Shown here: one piece after another, positions 41,032-54,958 of the stretch
Layout: the number at the start of each line of letters is the position of its first letter
How positions within the stretch are numbered: the first letter of the stretch is position 1
Assembly: GCA_951406725.2 (NCBI GenBank)
Contig: OX597822.1
Location: 13,578,001-13,642,000 of the forward strand
Length of the DNA stretch: 64,000 nucleotides
From: Octopus vulgaris
Taxonomy: Eukaryota
Reading direction: 5' to 3'
Program-made: the position numbers and the translations under genes
Notes under the pieces: model-generated
The model's input: only the letters and a program-made list of their open reading frames with translations
Database searches by the model: none
What the model was told of the DNA's origin: nothing

Positions 41032-41879
41032 TGTGTGTGCGTATCCGAAGGCATATGAACCTGTTTGTGTCTAGGTATGTATACATATCTGTGTTCCCTT
41101 TTTGACCCACATCTCAGTAAATCCTATTCAATCCCTCCCACCGCTCCCATCCGATCTACACAACTCCCTCTCTTTGCGCCTGCAAGTCTCTTTTCCCCCC
41201 TTCCTTTCTCTCTCTTCCTTCTGCCTCTTCCTCCTCCATTTCATTCCCTTGACGATCGTTCCAGATGTTCATTCTTCATCGTACCGTTTACCTTTCCTAT
41301 TTCTCTTATTTTTCTCATACCTCCATCCCCACTTCCTTAAAGACTTCTTGCCCATCATTTACAACCCAATACCCCAACCGTTCTCTTCTCCCCATCCTCA
41401 TTCTGTCTTCCTCTTTCTCTCCCCCCTCTCTCTCCTCCCCCTCCTCTCCCTCCTCTAATGTTTCAAACAACAACGAAAGAACCTCGAAGTTGTCCAACAT
41501 ATCAGATAACAAGGAAAACCTCTGTACCCCTCAGGGGCACTTTACCAGCTCCCGCTGCGGAGGTGCTCTTTGCTTGTTTCTCTTACGAATGTATTCCAAC
41601 GAGGAATAATATATGAGGTTGCTCGGCCTGCTAGAAATACTAACTAAATGTCCATCTCACTCTCTGATAAATCTTACCTAGAGAACCATCCCCTCCACCA
41701 ATGCCCTTCCCAAATCACCACCACCACCACCGCCACATCCCTTGTCTAATTCCATTATAGCAATTCTTCAATTTGTGTCGTTATGTAGTGTTAATTGTTT
41801 CAAGAGTCTAAGTTCCCTATATCTCCCCTGTGTTTCTGAGTAAGAATTCCACCCCCTCCCCCGCTGAAGGCGTGTAATA

Positions 41880-42093
41880 TCGGTTTCAAATTCTGGTACA
41901 AAGCCAGCAATTATGGGGGAGGGGTAAGTCAAATACACCTACCCAGTGCTCAGCTGGTGTTTATTTTACTGACCCCGGAAGGATGAAAAGCAAAGTCGAC
42001 TTTGGTAGCATTTGAACTCAGAATATAAAGACGGACGAAATGCCAAAAACCATCTTGCCCAGACTGCTTAAGGATTCTGCCAGCTCGCCGCCT
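41880..42093 (-). mobile_element. SINE family A, older copy
   Basis: Ends ctgccagctcgccgcc (head, reverse complement). Confidence 0.82.
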
Positions 42094-42321
42094 TCTGCAG
42101 CCGTAATACTAATTAATTAGATTGTAAAAAGAAAACTGGTATAAATAAATAAACTAAATTGATTGATTTATAAGCGCCAGCGTTGCTGTGTGGTTAAGAG
42201 CATCGCTTTGAAACTATGTGTTTCAGTCACATTGCACTGCAGCTATAATGTCTTCCATTATAGTCTAGACCTTGTAAGTGAATTTAGTTGACAGAAACTG
42301 TCCGGAAGCCCATCGTACACA

Positions 42322-42375
<54 letters not shown>

Positions 42376-42643
42376 CCTTTGAAACGTTTAGTAGATGAAA
42401 CTTTAGCGACTGAAGAAGGGGATTTTTCGTTGTGCTTATTGTCCTGTATCTCCTTTTTTTGCTTGTCTTGTTCCTTGGTTTGTGTCTATGTTTTTCGTCT
42501 CTCTATGTGTTCGACGTCCTTTTGGTGTCCTGTACACATATATGCGTGTATATGTACATCTAGAGGTAGGTACGTACATATATGTTTATATATATGCATA
42601 TATTTTATTAACATATATATATATACATATACATATATATATG

Positions 42644-42850
42644 CAGTACTCCCTCGCCATATCGCGGTTTAATATTTAAGCTTGCGTCGATTCATCTGCA
42701 GTGTTGCTTGCACTCATAATAAAATTAATATATACAAATTAGAAAAATAGTGAAAAATATATCCAGTACAGTACTGTTTCTCTTTCGCGGATTTTCACCT
42801 ATCGCGGGGTGTTTTGGAACGTAAAACCTGCAATAGTCGAGGGATTACTG
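42644..42850 (-). mobile_element. Tigger/pogo-like MITE
   Basis: TIRs cagtactccctcg / cgagggattactg; inverted copy of 4304-4525. Confidence 0.8.
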
Positions 42851-43059
42851 TATATGTATGTGTATATATACACATATATATATGAAAGAAGGTTTGAAAA
42901 TGCAATTTTAAAGATGTTTAGTCACTTGACCAGTTTCACTTTTTTAGATAAAAAGATTGTCAAAAGTAAAATGTAAAAGCTTTGTTGTGTTAAGTACTGG
43001 TTGTCACAAAATATTACATACAATATATACATACATTCTTTGATGCTAATAAGAAAATT

Positions 43060-43113
43060 TTAAAAACAGTTTACAAGGAAATATCAAGATATTTCCTTGT
43101 AAACTGTTTTTAA
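43060..43113. repeat. Perfect palindrome, 26-bp arms, 2-nt spacer
   Basis: ttaaaaacagtttacaaggaaatatc AA gatatttccttgtaaactgtttttaa. Confidence 0.92.
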
Positions 43114-43315
43114 CATTAGCACGCCGGGCGAAATTCTTAGCGGCATTTCTTCCGTTGTTACGTTCTGAGTACTAATTCCGCCGACGTTGACTTTGCCTTT
43201 CATCCTGTCGGGAGTCGATAAATTAAGTACCAACTGTGTACTGGGGTTGATCTAATCGACTGGCTCCTCCCACCAAATTTCAGGCCTTGTACCTTTAGCA
43301 GAAGGGATTATTAAT
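43114..43315 (+). mobile_element. SINE family A, 5'-clipped
   Basis: Starts cattagcacgccgggcgaaat. Confidence 0.82.
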
Positions 43316-43437
43316 ACTATATATATCCCCTACCCATGAATAACACGCAAATTCGTGAAGATTTTATGTTTTCAAGAAAATAAAGGCGATGCTCCATCAT
43401 GGCCGCAGTCAAATGACTGAAACAAATAAAAGAATAA

Positions 43438-43522
<85 letters not shown>

Positions 43523-43544
43523 AAGATATAGGGTACATATATGA

Positions 43545-43843
43545 TTTTTGGGGGTCCATGCAACAAAATATCATATTGGGAGTCCACAATAGTATTCTAA
43601 GGGACCATGAAAAAATTTTGCTCTAGATATGCATTGGTCTGTAATAGCAAGAAACAGCCAGGTTTCTTTCTCTAACATCTTACATAGTTCAACCTACACC
43701 ATATAATGTCTGAAAAACAAAATAGGGATTTGAAAAGATGTTTCTATAAAACTAGTTTTTAAACATCAAATGGCTATGGGGGTCCACCGAAAAAAATGGT
43801 AATCAAAGGGGTCCATAGATAAAAAGTATTTGAGAACCCTTGA
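43545..43843. mobile_element. Partial hAT/Charlie-like non-autonomous element
   Basis: Repeated ggggtcca subterminal motifs and a tttgagaaccct terminus. Confidence 0.5.
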
Positions 43844-44294
43844 CCTAGACTATGAGATGCTAGTATTTCGGAGTAATTATCTCCTCATCGGTGACAGACA
43901 CCAAGCAGACAACAGTACGAGCTGAATTAAGAGATTATTTCTCTTATGCTTTTCCAGTCACCGCCCGCAATTACGGAGTCTGTACCCTAATTCTTTTTGT
44001 ATTCCTCATTTACTAACTCCTCTGTTGTTGATTTATTGCGTGATGGGTGTTAGCGCTTAACTGTGTGTTTTTCGTGAAAGAATCCCTGGGTATTTAAGCA
44101 ACCGTTCTTTCCCAATGTAAAGTTTGCTATAAAACTGCAGTGAAGGCCTTCTAATGCCTTCCGTTGCAATAGGATAAATAGGGCGAACATGTGAGAAGAG
44201 AGAGAGAGAGAGTGAGTGGGTGAGTGAGCGATGGGGACTTTGTAAGAGAGAGGGGAAGGGATATACAGACAGGGATGTGTGTGTGTGAGTGTGT

Positions 44295-44343
<49 letters not shown>

Positions 44344-44523
44344 TGTGTGTATTTGTGAATTTGAATGTGTTTGCATCAGGAGCAGTGAGTGTTTGCAAGA
44401 GAGATATTTAAACTTAGAAAGACAAACACACAAGCAAATAGACGGCAGACAGATAGGGAAGCAGAGAGTGAGGAGTTAGGAGAGAGAAATACAAGAGAGG
44501 GAGAAGAAGAGGCACATAGAACA

Positions 44524-44555
<32 letters not shown>

Positions 44556-44954
44556 CAAAGAGTGAAGTGAAGAAAAGAAAACAAACCAACTGATAAGACA
44601 GACGAAGAAAGAAAATAAGCGCTTGGCCTGCTTACTTAAAGACAACAACCCAACGCCTGAGACAGGCCTCTTGGTGGTTGTTTAACCTGCAAGTAATAGC
44701 AGCTATTCCTCCTGTAAATCACACCCCGTCATCCAATTGTGCAACGGCCGGTACATTTTTGATTATCATCCTTAATTAGGGATGATACGAAGCTAAGTAA
44801 GCGTGGAACATTTTTACAGATACATTTGCGTCTCATGCTTGTAATGGAATGACCTATTCGTATTTCTCGATCTCAAATTCAAATTTCTAAACCTGCCTCA
44901 CACGTTCATGCGTTGAGCAGAGAGTTACTTCTCTTGGTATTAACGGGCATGCAG

Positions 44955-45346
44955 AGGGATTAAGTCGATTATATCGACCCCAGTGCGTAACTGGTACTTA
45001 CTTAATTGACACCGAAAGGACGAAAGGCAAAATCGACCTCGGCGGAATTTGAACTCAGAACGTAACGGCAGACGAAATACCGCTAAACACCTCGTCCGGC
45101 GCGCTAACGTTTCTTATTTCTTTATTGCCCACAAGGGGCTAAACATAAAGGGGACAAACAAGGAGAGACAAAGGGATTAAGTCGATTAGATCGATCCCAG
45201 TGCGTAACTGGTACTTAATTTATAGACCCCGAAAGGATGAAAGGCAAAGTCGACCTCGGTGGAATTTGAACACAGAACGTAACGGCAGACGAAATACCGT
45301 TAAGCACCTCGTCCGGCGCGCTAACGTTTCTGCCAGCTCGCCGCCT
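44955..45346 (-). mobile_element. SINE family A, tandem dimer
   Basis: Two reverse-complement body units. Confidence 0.88.
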
Positions 45347-45635
45347 TTGCACGCTTTACATATTAACAACAAAACGTGTTAAACCAAGGAGAAAAAAAAT
45401 ATTTGAGAAGAAAAGAAAGAAAGAAGCTGATCGTTAAATGAAGACTGACCTAAATCTGTCCAGATATTCAGTCTCTTATCCTTACCGACTCAGTCTTTAT
45501 CTTCCGGCTTCCTTTTTTGGATCTTTTTGCTCTGACAACCAAGCTAACCCCATCATCAACATCGCTGCCTACCGTATTTTCTCTCCCAACACTCTCATCC
45601 TCTTTCTCTCTCCCCCTCTCTCCCTGTCTCTCTCC

Positions 45636-45691
<56 letters not shown>

Positions 45692-45795
45692 TTCTCTGTT
45701 TGACTTACTGACTGACAAACGGTCATCTGTCCGTCTTTCTGTCTTGTGGGTTTGAATTTCAACACGCTGTCACCGATCTAACCCGCCCACAAATA

Positions 45796-45830
<35 letters not shown>

Positions 45831-46303
45831 TCACCGCCATAACCATCACCGAAATACGAAATAGATTTGTGGTGTCTCCACGTCCTTCAAATCTGTCTTT
45901 TCAACAGAAAAGCATACGCTGGATAATATAATAGCTGAATCCTCACCGCCTATGATAGAAACTGTGAGGTCATGGCTGGAACGCTTCTCATTGTCTCTCT
46001 CCTCACACAGCGATTTCGGTAACAATATCTTTCAATGTCAATTGATTAAAAGCATCGATGCGGACACTAGTTCTGCTAGAAAAGGCAGCCAAATCTTCAT
46101 GTCAGTGGAAGTAACAGACATTGGCTAACGCAGATTTACATTACTGTTGTAAAAGATGCGATAGGCATGGTTGGAACGCCTGCGTTTACAGATTTGTTCG
46201 TTTAGGGTTGACCTAGAGTCAAACAGCTATTTATATCGCTACTGTTTAATAATACTCCTTTCACATATTATTATTATTGTTATTCTTCTTCTTCTTCTTC
46301 TTC

Positions 46304-46417
<114 letters not shown>

Positions 46418-46432
46418 TTGTTATTATTATTA

Positions 46433-46655
46433 AGGCGGTGAGCTAGCAGAAACGTTAGTACACCGGGCGAAATGCTTCGCAGTATCTCGTCTGCCGTTAC
46501 GTTCTGAGTTCAAATTTCGCCGAGGTCGACTTTACCTTTCATCCTTAGGGATTAAATAATAAGTACCAGTCAATCACTGGAGTTGATATAATCGACTTAA
46601 TCCCTTTGTCCTTATTTGTCCCCACCCTATCCCTGTGGGCAATAAAGAAATAAAT
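46433..46655 (+). mobile_element. SINE family A preceded by (ATT)n(AGT)n
   Basis: Head ggcggtgagctagcagaaacgttag. Confidence 0.85.
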
Positions 46656-46679
46656 GTTCCTTTACTACTGCAGTATACA

Positions 46680-48135
46680 CCTTCTCATTTTCTCATCTTT
46701 CTCCCCTCCTTCTCTACCTCTTCCACTTCCTGCTCCTCCTCCTTTCCATCCACTGCCTCTCCGACCTCTTCCTCCTCGTCGCTGTCCTCTTCTGCATCTC
46801 CCCATCCCATCCACCTCATCCTTCTCCTCCTATCCCTTTTCGTCCTCTTCCTCTCCTCGTCCTTCCTCCTCCCCTCCTCGCCTCCTCCTCCTCCTCCTCC
46901 CCATCCTCCTCCTACTCCTACTACTACTACACGCTCTCATTTGCCACCACTGCCGCCATCACCACCACAAATGCCACTACTGCTACCACCACTCCAACTA
47001 CAACTTCTACTACAACAGCAACTTTGCTACACCACCACTCCTACTCTTACCTCAACATCTACCTCTATCCTAACAACGCAACTAAACTTTCCCCTCCATC
47101 CCACACTCCATAGCTACCACCTCCACCCTCCCTGATACAAACTCCATACTACGACCCCTCTACGCTCCACTCTCCAGTCCAAACCACTACAACTACCACC
47201 GCTACTGTTTTTTTTCTTTGTTTTGCATTTTATAAATGTTTCGTATTACCTTATTTTTTTTCATTTCGCATTTCTTGTTTCATCTTCGGCAATTTCCGGT
47301 TATCTCCGTCCAGCTCACACACATTTTAAATCACAGCAACGATCATCTCATACAACCATCACCATCACCATCACCACCACTACTACTACAGCTACTACTA
47401 CTGATGATGATGGTGATGTTGCTGCTGGTACCACCACTAACTCCACCACTATCACCGCTACTACTATCCCCACTACACCCTGTACTACCACCAACACAAC
47501 CATCTCCACCAGCATCGTAATCACAATCACCCCCGCCCCCAAACCTATCACAAATATTACTATTACTACTACTACAACCGCCACCATCGTTGATATTACT
47601 ACCACCACCACCACCAGAACTAGAGCCTTAACCGTAGCCCTTACCATTATACTCGCTAACAGCACTAATCCCCACCGACACCACTAGTACCAACAGCAGC
47701 AGCATCACCAATTACCAGACCTTTCTACCTTAAGTCATGAGACCGCGGCCATGCTGCAGCACCATCTTGAGTCGAACTAATTGGCGCCAGTAATCATTTT
47801 CTTTATACATCTGCTACTTATTCTATCGGGTTCTTATGCCAAACCGCTAAGTAACAGGGACGTTAACACACCAACACCGGTTGTCAAGCTATAGCGCAGG
47901 ACAAAGACATACACAAAGGCTCACACACACACACACATACAATGGTGCGCGCACACATAAATGTGGCTGTGTGGTAAGAAGTTTGCTTCCCAGCCGCATG
48001 GTTCCCGGTTCAGTCCCACTGCGTGGTACCTTCTTTGACTGTAGCCTCGGGCCGGCCAAAGCCTTGTGAGTGGATTTCGTAGACGGAAACTGAAAGAAGC
48101 TCGTCGTGTATCAAATCTTTTCTCTATTTTCTGAT

Positions 48136-48202
<67 letters not shown>

Positions 48203-48211
48203 GTAGGTAGG

Positions 48212-48258
<47 letters not shown>

Positions 48259-48287
48259 GTAGGTAGGTAGGTAGGTAGGTAGGTAGG

Positions 48288-48330
<43 letters not shown>

Positions 48331-48766
48331 GTAGGTAGATAAATAGATAGACGGACTGATGGGGAGATAGATAGGTATGTATGCATGTATGTATGTAGGT
48401 AGGTAGGTAGGGAGGGAGGGAGGGGGGAGAAGGGGGAGGTAGATATACGAGAGTTCTCTTCCAGTTTCCGTGTACCCAATCTGCTCACATGGCTTTGCTC
48501 AACCCGAGGCTATAGTAGAAGACTTGCCCAAGGTGTCATGCGTTGGGATTGAACCCGGAAGCGTGTTGGGAAGCAAACTGCTTACCACACAGCCACGTTA
48601 CCATCATCTTTATCATCGTCTCCGTTGTCACGAATATCATCATTATCATCATCACCATCATCACTGTCACCCCACCATTATCATCACCATCGTCATCATC
48701 ATCATCATCATCATCATCACCACCATCATCATCTCCATCACCATCACCATCATCACTGCTACCACA

Positions 48767-48800
<34 letters not shown>

Positions 48801-49403
48801 TCGTCCTCACAACTGCCACCTCCCAGCACCACCCACACCAATATGATATTTCCTGTTCTGTCATCACCGTCACCACCACCAACTCCACCACCACCTCCAC
48901 CTCCACCACCACCATCCCCACCACCACCATTTATCTCCCAGCATTTTCTCCTTCTTCTTCTTCCTTCTCTCGCCTCCACCATTCCAACCATGCAATCACC
49001 ACAAGATGCCGCCGCCCCATGATGGCAATTTTGTTTATCATTCTTACATTTTATTTCCACTAAATTAGTTGGCAGCAGAACTGGGGGTGTGGCGGCGGTG
49101 GTGGTGGTGGTGGTCGTCGTCGTCGTTGTAGAGGGTGAGAATCGGTTTTTGTTATTCTTTTGTTTTGTGTTTGTCTTTGTTGCGTGGGCGGTGTGATGCT
49201 TTTCAATGCCTTAGGCCGGTCACCCCTCACCCCCCACAAACTTGGTTTCACACGGAGAAACGCTTATACACCCTCATCGCCATCAGCACCATCATCATCA
49301 TCGTCGACATCGTCGTAATCGTTAGCGTCGTCATCATCATCATCATCATCGTTATCTTCATAAACATCATCATCATCATCATCGTCGTCGTCATCATCAT
49401 CAC

Positions 49404-49440
<37 letters not shown>

Positions 49441-49607
49441 GTTATCATCATCATCAACATCGTCGTCATCAGCGTCATCGTCGTCATCATCGTCCTCGTC
49501 GTCGTTGACCTTGTTGGCATCGTCGTCGTCATCGTAATCGCCATCATCGTCACCATCATCATCATCATCATCATCATCGTATTCGTCGTCAGCGTCGTCG
49601 TCGTCAT
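46680..49607. repeat. Low-complexity block of degenerate (CCT)/(CAC)/(CAT)/(GATA) repeats with SINE B fragments
   Basis: Direct reading; source of poly-P/H/I/D ORFs. Confidence 0.85.
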
Positions 49608-49904
49608 GAAAGCGGAAAACTAGCAGAATCGTCAACATGCCGGATGAAATGCTTAACGGCATTTCGTCCATCCTTACATTCTGAGTTCAAACTCTGCCGA
49701 GGTCGATTTTGCCTTTCAAGGTCGATGAATTAAGTATCAGTTGAGCAATGGTTCCAATGTAACCGACTTATACCCTCTCACTTAATTTCCTGTTATGTAC
49801 CTAGAGTAGGACCGACTATTTATAGCCTTATGAGTGCTTCGAGATACACTGCTCCCAAATAAAAAATTTATTAATTTCAGGTCCTGTCAAAAGTTTATTT
49901 CTTT

Positions 49905-50290
49905 TGTCTCTTTTACTTGTTTCAGTCATTTTGAGTGCGATTATGCTGGAGCACCGCCTTTAGTCGAACAAATCGACCCCAGGACTAATACTTTGTAAGC
50001 CTAGTATTTATTCAATCGTTTTTTTTTGCCGAACCGCTAAGTTTCGGGAACGTAAACACGCAAACATCGGTTGTCAAGCGATGGTGGAGGGGACAAGCAT
50101 ATACATATATTCACACACGCACAAACACACACACGCACGCGCGGCTTTTTTCAGTTTCCGCTTACCAAATTCACTCACAAGGCTTCAGTCGGCCTGAGGC
50201 TATAACAGATCACAGTAGTGATGCCAAGTAGTGGGACTGAACCCGGAACCATGTTGTTGGGAAGCGAGCTTCTTACTATAGCCAAGCCTG
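49905..50290 (-). mobile_element. SINE family B
   Basis: Reverse-complement match to family B. Confidence 0.83.
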
Positions 50291-51964
50291 ATAAATTTTT
50301 ATGATGTCAACAAGAGAAAAAGTAAAAGACACAAAAAAAAAAATGGGAAAATGAAAACATTTTTGTCAAAGAATTTATCTAAATAAGCGGACATAAGCAA
50401 TTATCCTTAAAATGGTGAATGGTACTGTCTTATGAAATATATTCTTACCAGTGGCAGGAGTGGCTGTATAGCAAGAAGCTTGTTTCCTAAATAGATGGTT
50501 CTGGGTGCAATAGAAGTTCCTGGAATAAATATCAGTCTTAAAACAAAAACATGAATACCGGAGTCGTTTGTTCGATTAAAACCCTCGAAGCCAGTGCCCC
50601 AACATGGCCACACTCTGAAAAAAAATTAGGTCAAAAAATTGCTTTTATCAAAAGACACTTTATTTCACAGCACACCCATTTTTTTTTTATCGGATCCCAC
50701 TTTGGATCATTCGGAGACTCTTGTGTTCTTGGAAACCACTTTTCCACTATCGTAATCCACTTTGAAGTCTCTTGTGTTCTAAGACAATAGATTCTTCATA
50801 AGCCACTCACTGTCTTAGGAAAAAGGTTTCCAAATTCCGTGTCGCGACATTCTAAGAAATCGCCAATATTTTCTGGCGACGTCGCAAAATTATGTGAATT
50901 CTAATTTTCATGAATATTTGGCTGTTTTATTTTTGATATCTGATGACTCCGCGTACAGTTAGTCATGTGACTAATTAAAAAGAATGACACATGTTATGGT
51001 ATTTAATCTTTTAACAGTAATTAATGTGTCAAGAGAGTTATTATTATCTTATAAAATGTGTCGCCAATATGAAGTGCCAATGATCCTTTGTGGCAGCCTG
51101 CGAGTCATGGGCCATGTGGAGTTGATAAACCGGATGCTACAGTTAAATTTACCATCGCAAGCTTAAGTCTCAATGTTCGTGTCGGCGCCGTGGTATAGTG
51201 TTTGTCTTGGTGTTGAGGCTGGTGTTGGTTCAATTTTGGTGCCGGCGTAGAATCGGTATGGTGTTCTCGTGATGACAATGTTTGCGTGATATGGGTGTGG
51301 TATTTCTGCGGCTGTTTTTAATATTTTGCTGCTTGTGCGGTTATTGTTGTTGTTGTTGTGGTGGTGGTGGTGGTGGTGGTGGAGGTGGTGGTGGTGGTGG
51401 TGGTTGTGGTGGTGGTGGCGGTGGTTGTAGTGGTGGTTTCGCTGATGGTGGTGTTGTTATTGTTGTTGGTGGTGGTGGTGGGCATGGTGAACGGGTGTGC
51501 GTGTGGGTATACGTGGGCGTAGAATAATGGAACGGAAGAATTATTTCTCAAATACAAAATGGGAGTGTCTGCTTCCACCGTTTTTAGAAATATATTAATA
51601 TATTCTGACGCGGACACGCATATTTATATTTACAAATGCATGTGCAGATGTGCGTCTGTATATGTGAGTGTGTGTTAGTGCGTGCGTGTGTGTGTGTGTG
51701 TTTGTGTGCGTGTTAGTGTGTGTTTGTGTGTGTATGTGTGCGTGCTTATATACGATAAATATACTGGCATACTTATATATACCTACGTGTTGGTGTGCGT
51801 GTGTATATGGATGCATGCATGTGTATATATGTGCCTGTGTGTGTGTGTGTGTGTGTTTGTATGTATGTGTGAATGAATGTGTAGGTATATATTCTTTTAT
51901 TCTTTTACTGGTTTAAGCCAGAGGCTGGGGCCATGCTGGAGCATTGCATTTCAGTGTTTTGGAG

Positions 51965-53043
51965 TCTTTCTGTACTGGTTTTGCGAGTTGGACGAAGCTG
52001 CTCTACTTCGTGCCTCCTACCGCGATGTGGGCTCATCTGGGACTTCAGATAGAATTTTGTCCAGGTGCTTTATGAACGTTTCCTTCTCGACAGGATGTTA
52101 AACAGTTGTGGTCCCTGAAACCCAAGTTGTTGCAATACTGGGTCATCATTGGGAATGAAGATGGGATATTTGGCATAATGCAGTTCCGTCTACTTCGGTA
52201 GTTGCTATAGCTTTTAAATTCAGAGTTAAACCTTCCAGGACCTTCCATATGTAAAACATGTCATACATTTCTCGCCATCCCTCCAGGGGCTAGGGTCTTA
52301 GTTCTTGTAACCTCTTCCAGTAGATCATCTGTTTCACCGAGTTAACCTTCTTTGTGTGTTGGCGCTGGATTGCCTCAAGTTCCACCACCACCAGTTAAGC
52401 GCAGTAATCCAGATGACTGAGTACAACAGTTCTCCATAGGGGTAGGAGAATACCCTTATTTCTGGTTCTGAATGATCTAACGATCCATCCTGCTTCTCGC
52501 CTGCTTACTGTTGCCATCTTGGTAATATGCATATGGAATCACTACACATATGGATTCTCAGATCATGAACCGATTCTAACTCTGGGATTGCCCTGCCCCC
52601 TGGTCCTATGTATTCCGATTTCATTCTGTTTGTGAGTTCGGAGTGGAGTGCTTGAAATTTAACAGTATTGAGCTGCATGTTATTTCCATCAGCCCAATTG
52701 TATATTGCATGTAGGTCGTTTTGCAGATTTACTATGACCATCAGGGTCCTTGAGTACCTGAGATGACTTAGTATCATCAGTTTAACTGGTGATAGTGACT
52801 AACTACGCCTGAGGGCATGTCTGAAAGAACCACTCCAAACAATATTGGTCCCAGTATAGTTCTCTGAGGAACCCCACTGCAGATTGACGTCTCTGCAGAG
52901 AAAGCAGCTTTAGCTACAACCGGCTGCTTTCTGTCTTTTAAAATGCCGTGCAGCCACTTACGCAATTTTTCAGTGATCCCAAGGTCATGTAGTTAGTGAA
53001 ATATCATCCCGTGATCACCTTTGTCAAAGGCCTTGGCAAAGTC

Positions 53044-53077
<34 letters not shown>

Positions 53078-53215
53078 ATCCACATTTGAGTGGTCAAGCT
53101 GCTGTTTCAGCACCCAATAGTTATGTTGTAATAGCTGCGTGAGACAGCTCCTCCCTGAGCAGAAACTATGTTGTGTGTTTGCGAGCAAACCTCCATTAGT
53201 AAAGAGGTTATGTGT
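51965..53215 (-). pseudogene. CR1/L2-like LINE reverse transcriptase, decayed
   Basis: QHSFCSGRSCLTQLL, VDVIY..DFAKAFDK, SGVPQRTILGPILF, DDTK, LQNDLHAIYNWA..N.MQLN..K in the expected order. Confidence 0.9.
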
Positions 53216-53629
53216 CTCCAGCCAGCATGTCCCATGCGTCATCTATATTGTAATGAACAAATATATATAGCCTTTTATTTTCATTTATGCACTTTAGCCC
53301 TGTGGTTGCGGCCATGCAGCAGCACCACCGTCTCGTAATAAGAAAGCGATTCTCCATGCTTGTTATTTTATTTCTCTATGTAGCTTCCCCGCATGTTACG
53401 CAAACGTGTATTTCTGTTGAATTGCAACTGAATAGCGCTTGTCATCTCATCAAAATTGTCATCTCATCGAAAACATTGCTACGGAAGGGAAATTAATTTC
53501 ATATATTGATCAGAAAATTTATTAACTGAATGTTCTGAATGTTCCAGACTCGTCAATTGTATGCTGGATGCTAACGATCTATTGATCATTATCTTCGTGA
53601 CCCCTAAACACCGGTACATACATATATTT

Positions 53630-53770
53630 CTATTTTCTCTCCCAGTTTATTTCTGTGTTCGCTCCTGTCAAAAAGCCTAGGCTCGAAGCATAAAAGACTT
53701 CCTCACTTCCCGAGTGCTAAACTAATATATCTGTTTGTTGTTGACACACCCGTCTTCGTCTTTTTTTCAA
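53630..53770 (+). mobile_element. HH-C-related repeat, decayed
   Basis: ctgtcaaaaagcctaggctcgaagcataaaagact; tail cgtcttcgtc. Confidence 0.55.
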
Positions 53771-53825
53771 CTATATATATATATATATATACACACATAT
53801 ATATATATACGTATATATATATATG

Positions 53826-53895
<70 letters not shown>

Positions 53896-54534
53896 AATTA
53901 GAAAAAACACCTTTTATCAATTGAACAATGAAAAAATTAAATTATACCATATAGAAAAAAGTTACATCCTACAGAAAAAAATTAAATATAAGATAAAAAC
54001 ATATACCAATGATTAAGTAATGTGCAAAATAATAAATAAAACGTATATATTTGGTATATATATACATACACACAGTCACATACATACATGCATACATATG
54101 TAGAGGAGGGTGGTCGTGGGTGGAACACCGACGACCCTGGGTCTGGAATCGGGGTTAAACAATAATACCAAAAAAATCTAAAGAAAATGTTATCGTATTT
54201 CACATCCGGCCGAATATTCTCTTTTCTGACTTACCAGTAATTTATTCCTCTTATTTTGTCTTCCTGCTCCCTGAAGCCCCATCAAGTTATTTCTTTCGTC
54301 ATCGCCACTTTTGTCTCCGTTCTGTTATGTCCTCTATTTCAACATCTCCGCCCTTTTTCCATGACCCTTAAACTTATCTTTCATAACTGTACAGAAAAAG
54401 ATGTAAAAACAAAAAGTACATTTTGGTTGGGAACCTTCAAGCCGGATATGGCTTTTAGTTTTAAGGAGAGATGATACTTAAGAAGGATACAGCTGTTTAA
54501 ATTTCTCTCACTCTGTCTCTCTTCTTTTTCTTTC

Positions 54535-54622
<88 letters not shown>

Positions 54623-54654
54623 ATACCCACACGCTTACAATATACGCGATTGTA

Positions 54655-54943
54655 TACTCGTTTACTCGTTTCAGTTATTTGACTGCGGCCATGCTGGAGC
54701 ACCGCCTTTTAATAGAGCAAATCGACCCCGGGACTCATTCTTTGTAAGCCTAGTACTTATTTTATCGGTCTCTTTTGCCGAACCGCTAAGGTACGGGGAC
54801 GTAAACACACCAGCATCGGTTGTCAAGCGATGTTGGGGGGAAAACACACACACATACACACACACACATATATATATATAAACGACGGGCTTCTTTCAGT
54901 TTTCGTCTACCAAATCCACTCACAAAGCTTTGGTCGGCCCGAG
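54655..54943 (-). mobile_element. SINE family B lacking its head, abutting the transposase
   Basis: Family B reverse complement stops at ggcccgagg. Confidence 0.87.
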
Positions 54944-54958
54944 GTTTTAAAAGAAAGA

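Noticed and set aside
42394-42430. CTGAAGAagggg repeat family (also about 2500 minus and 27815) as hammerheads
   Set aside because: No closing stem II strand or downstream GAAA in any of the three copies
54400-54460. FWLGTFKPD as a PLE GIY-YIG C-terminus
   Set aside because: Only a few residues resemble the motif; too weak to call
54830-54958. N-terminal 43 aa of the 324-aa ORF
   Set aside because: Lies within a SINE B copy and its microsatellite; in-frame by chance
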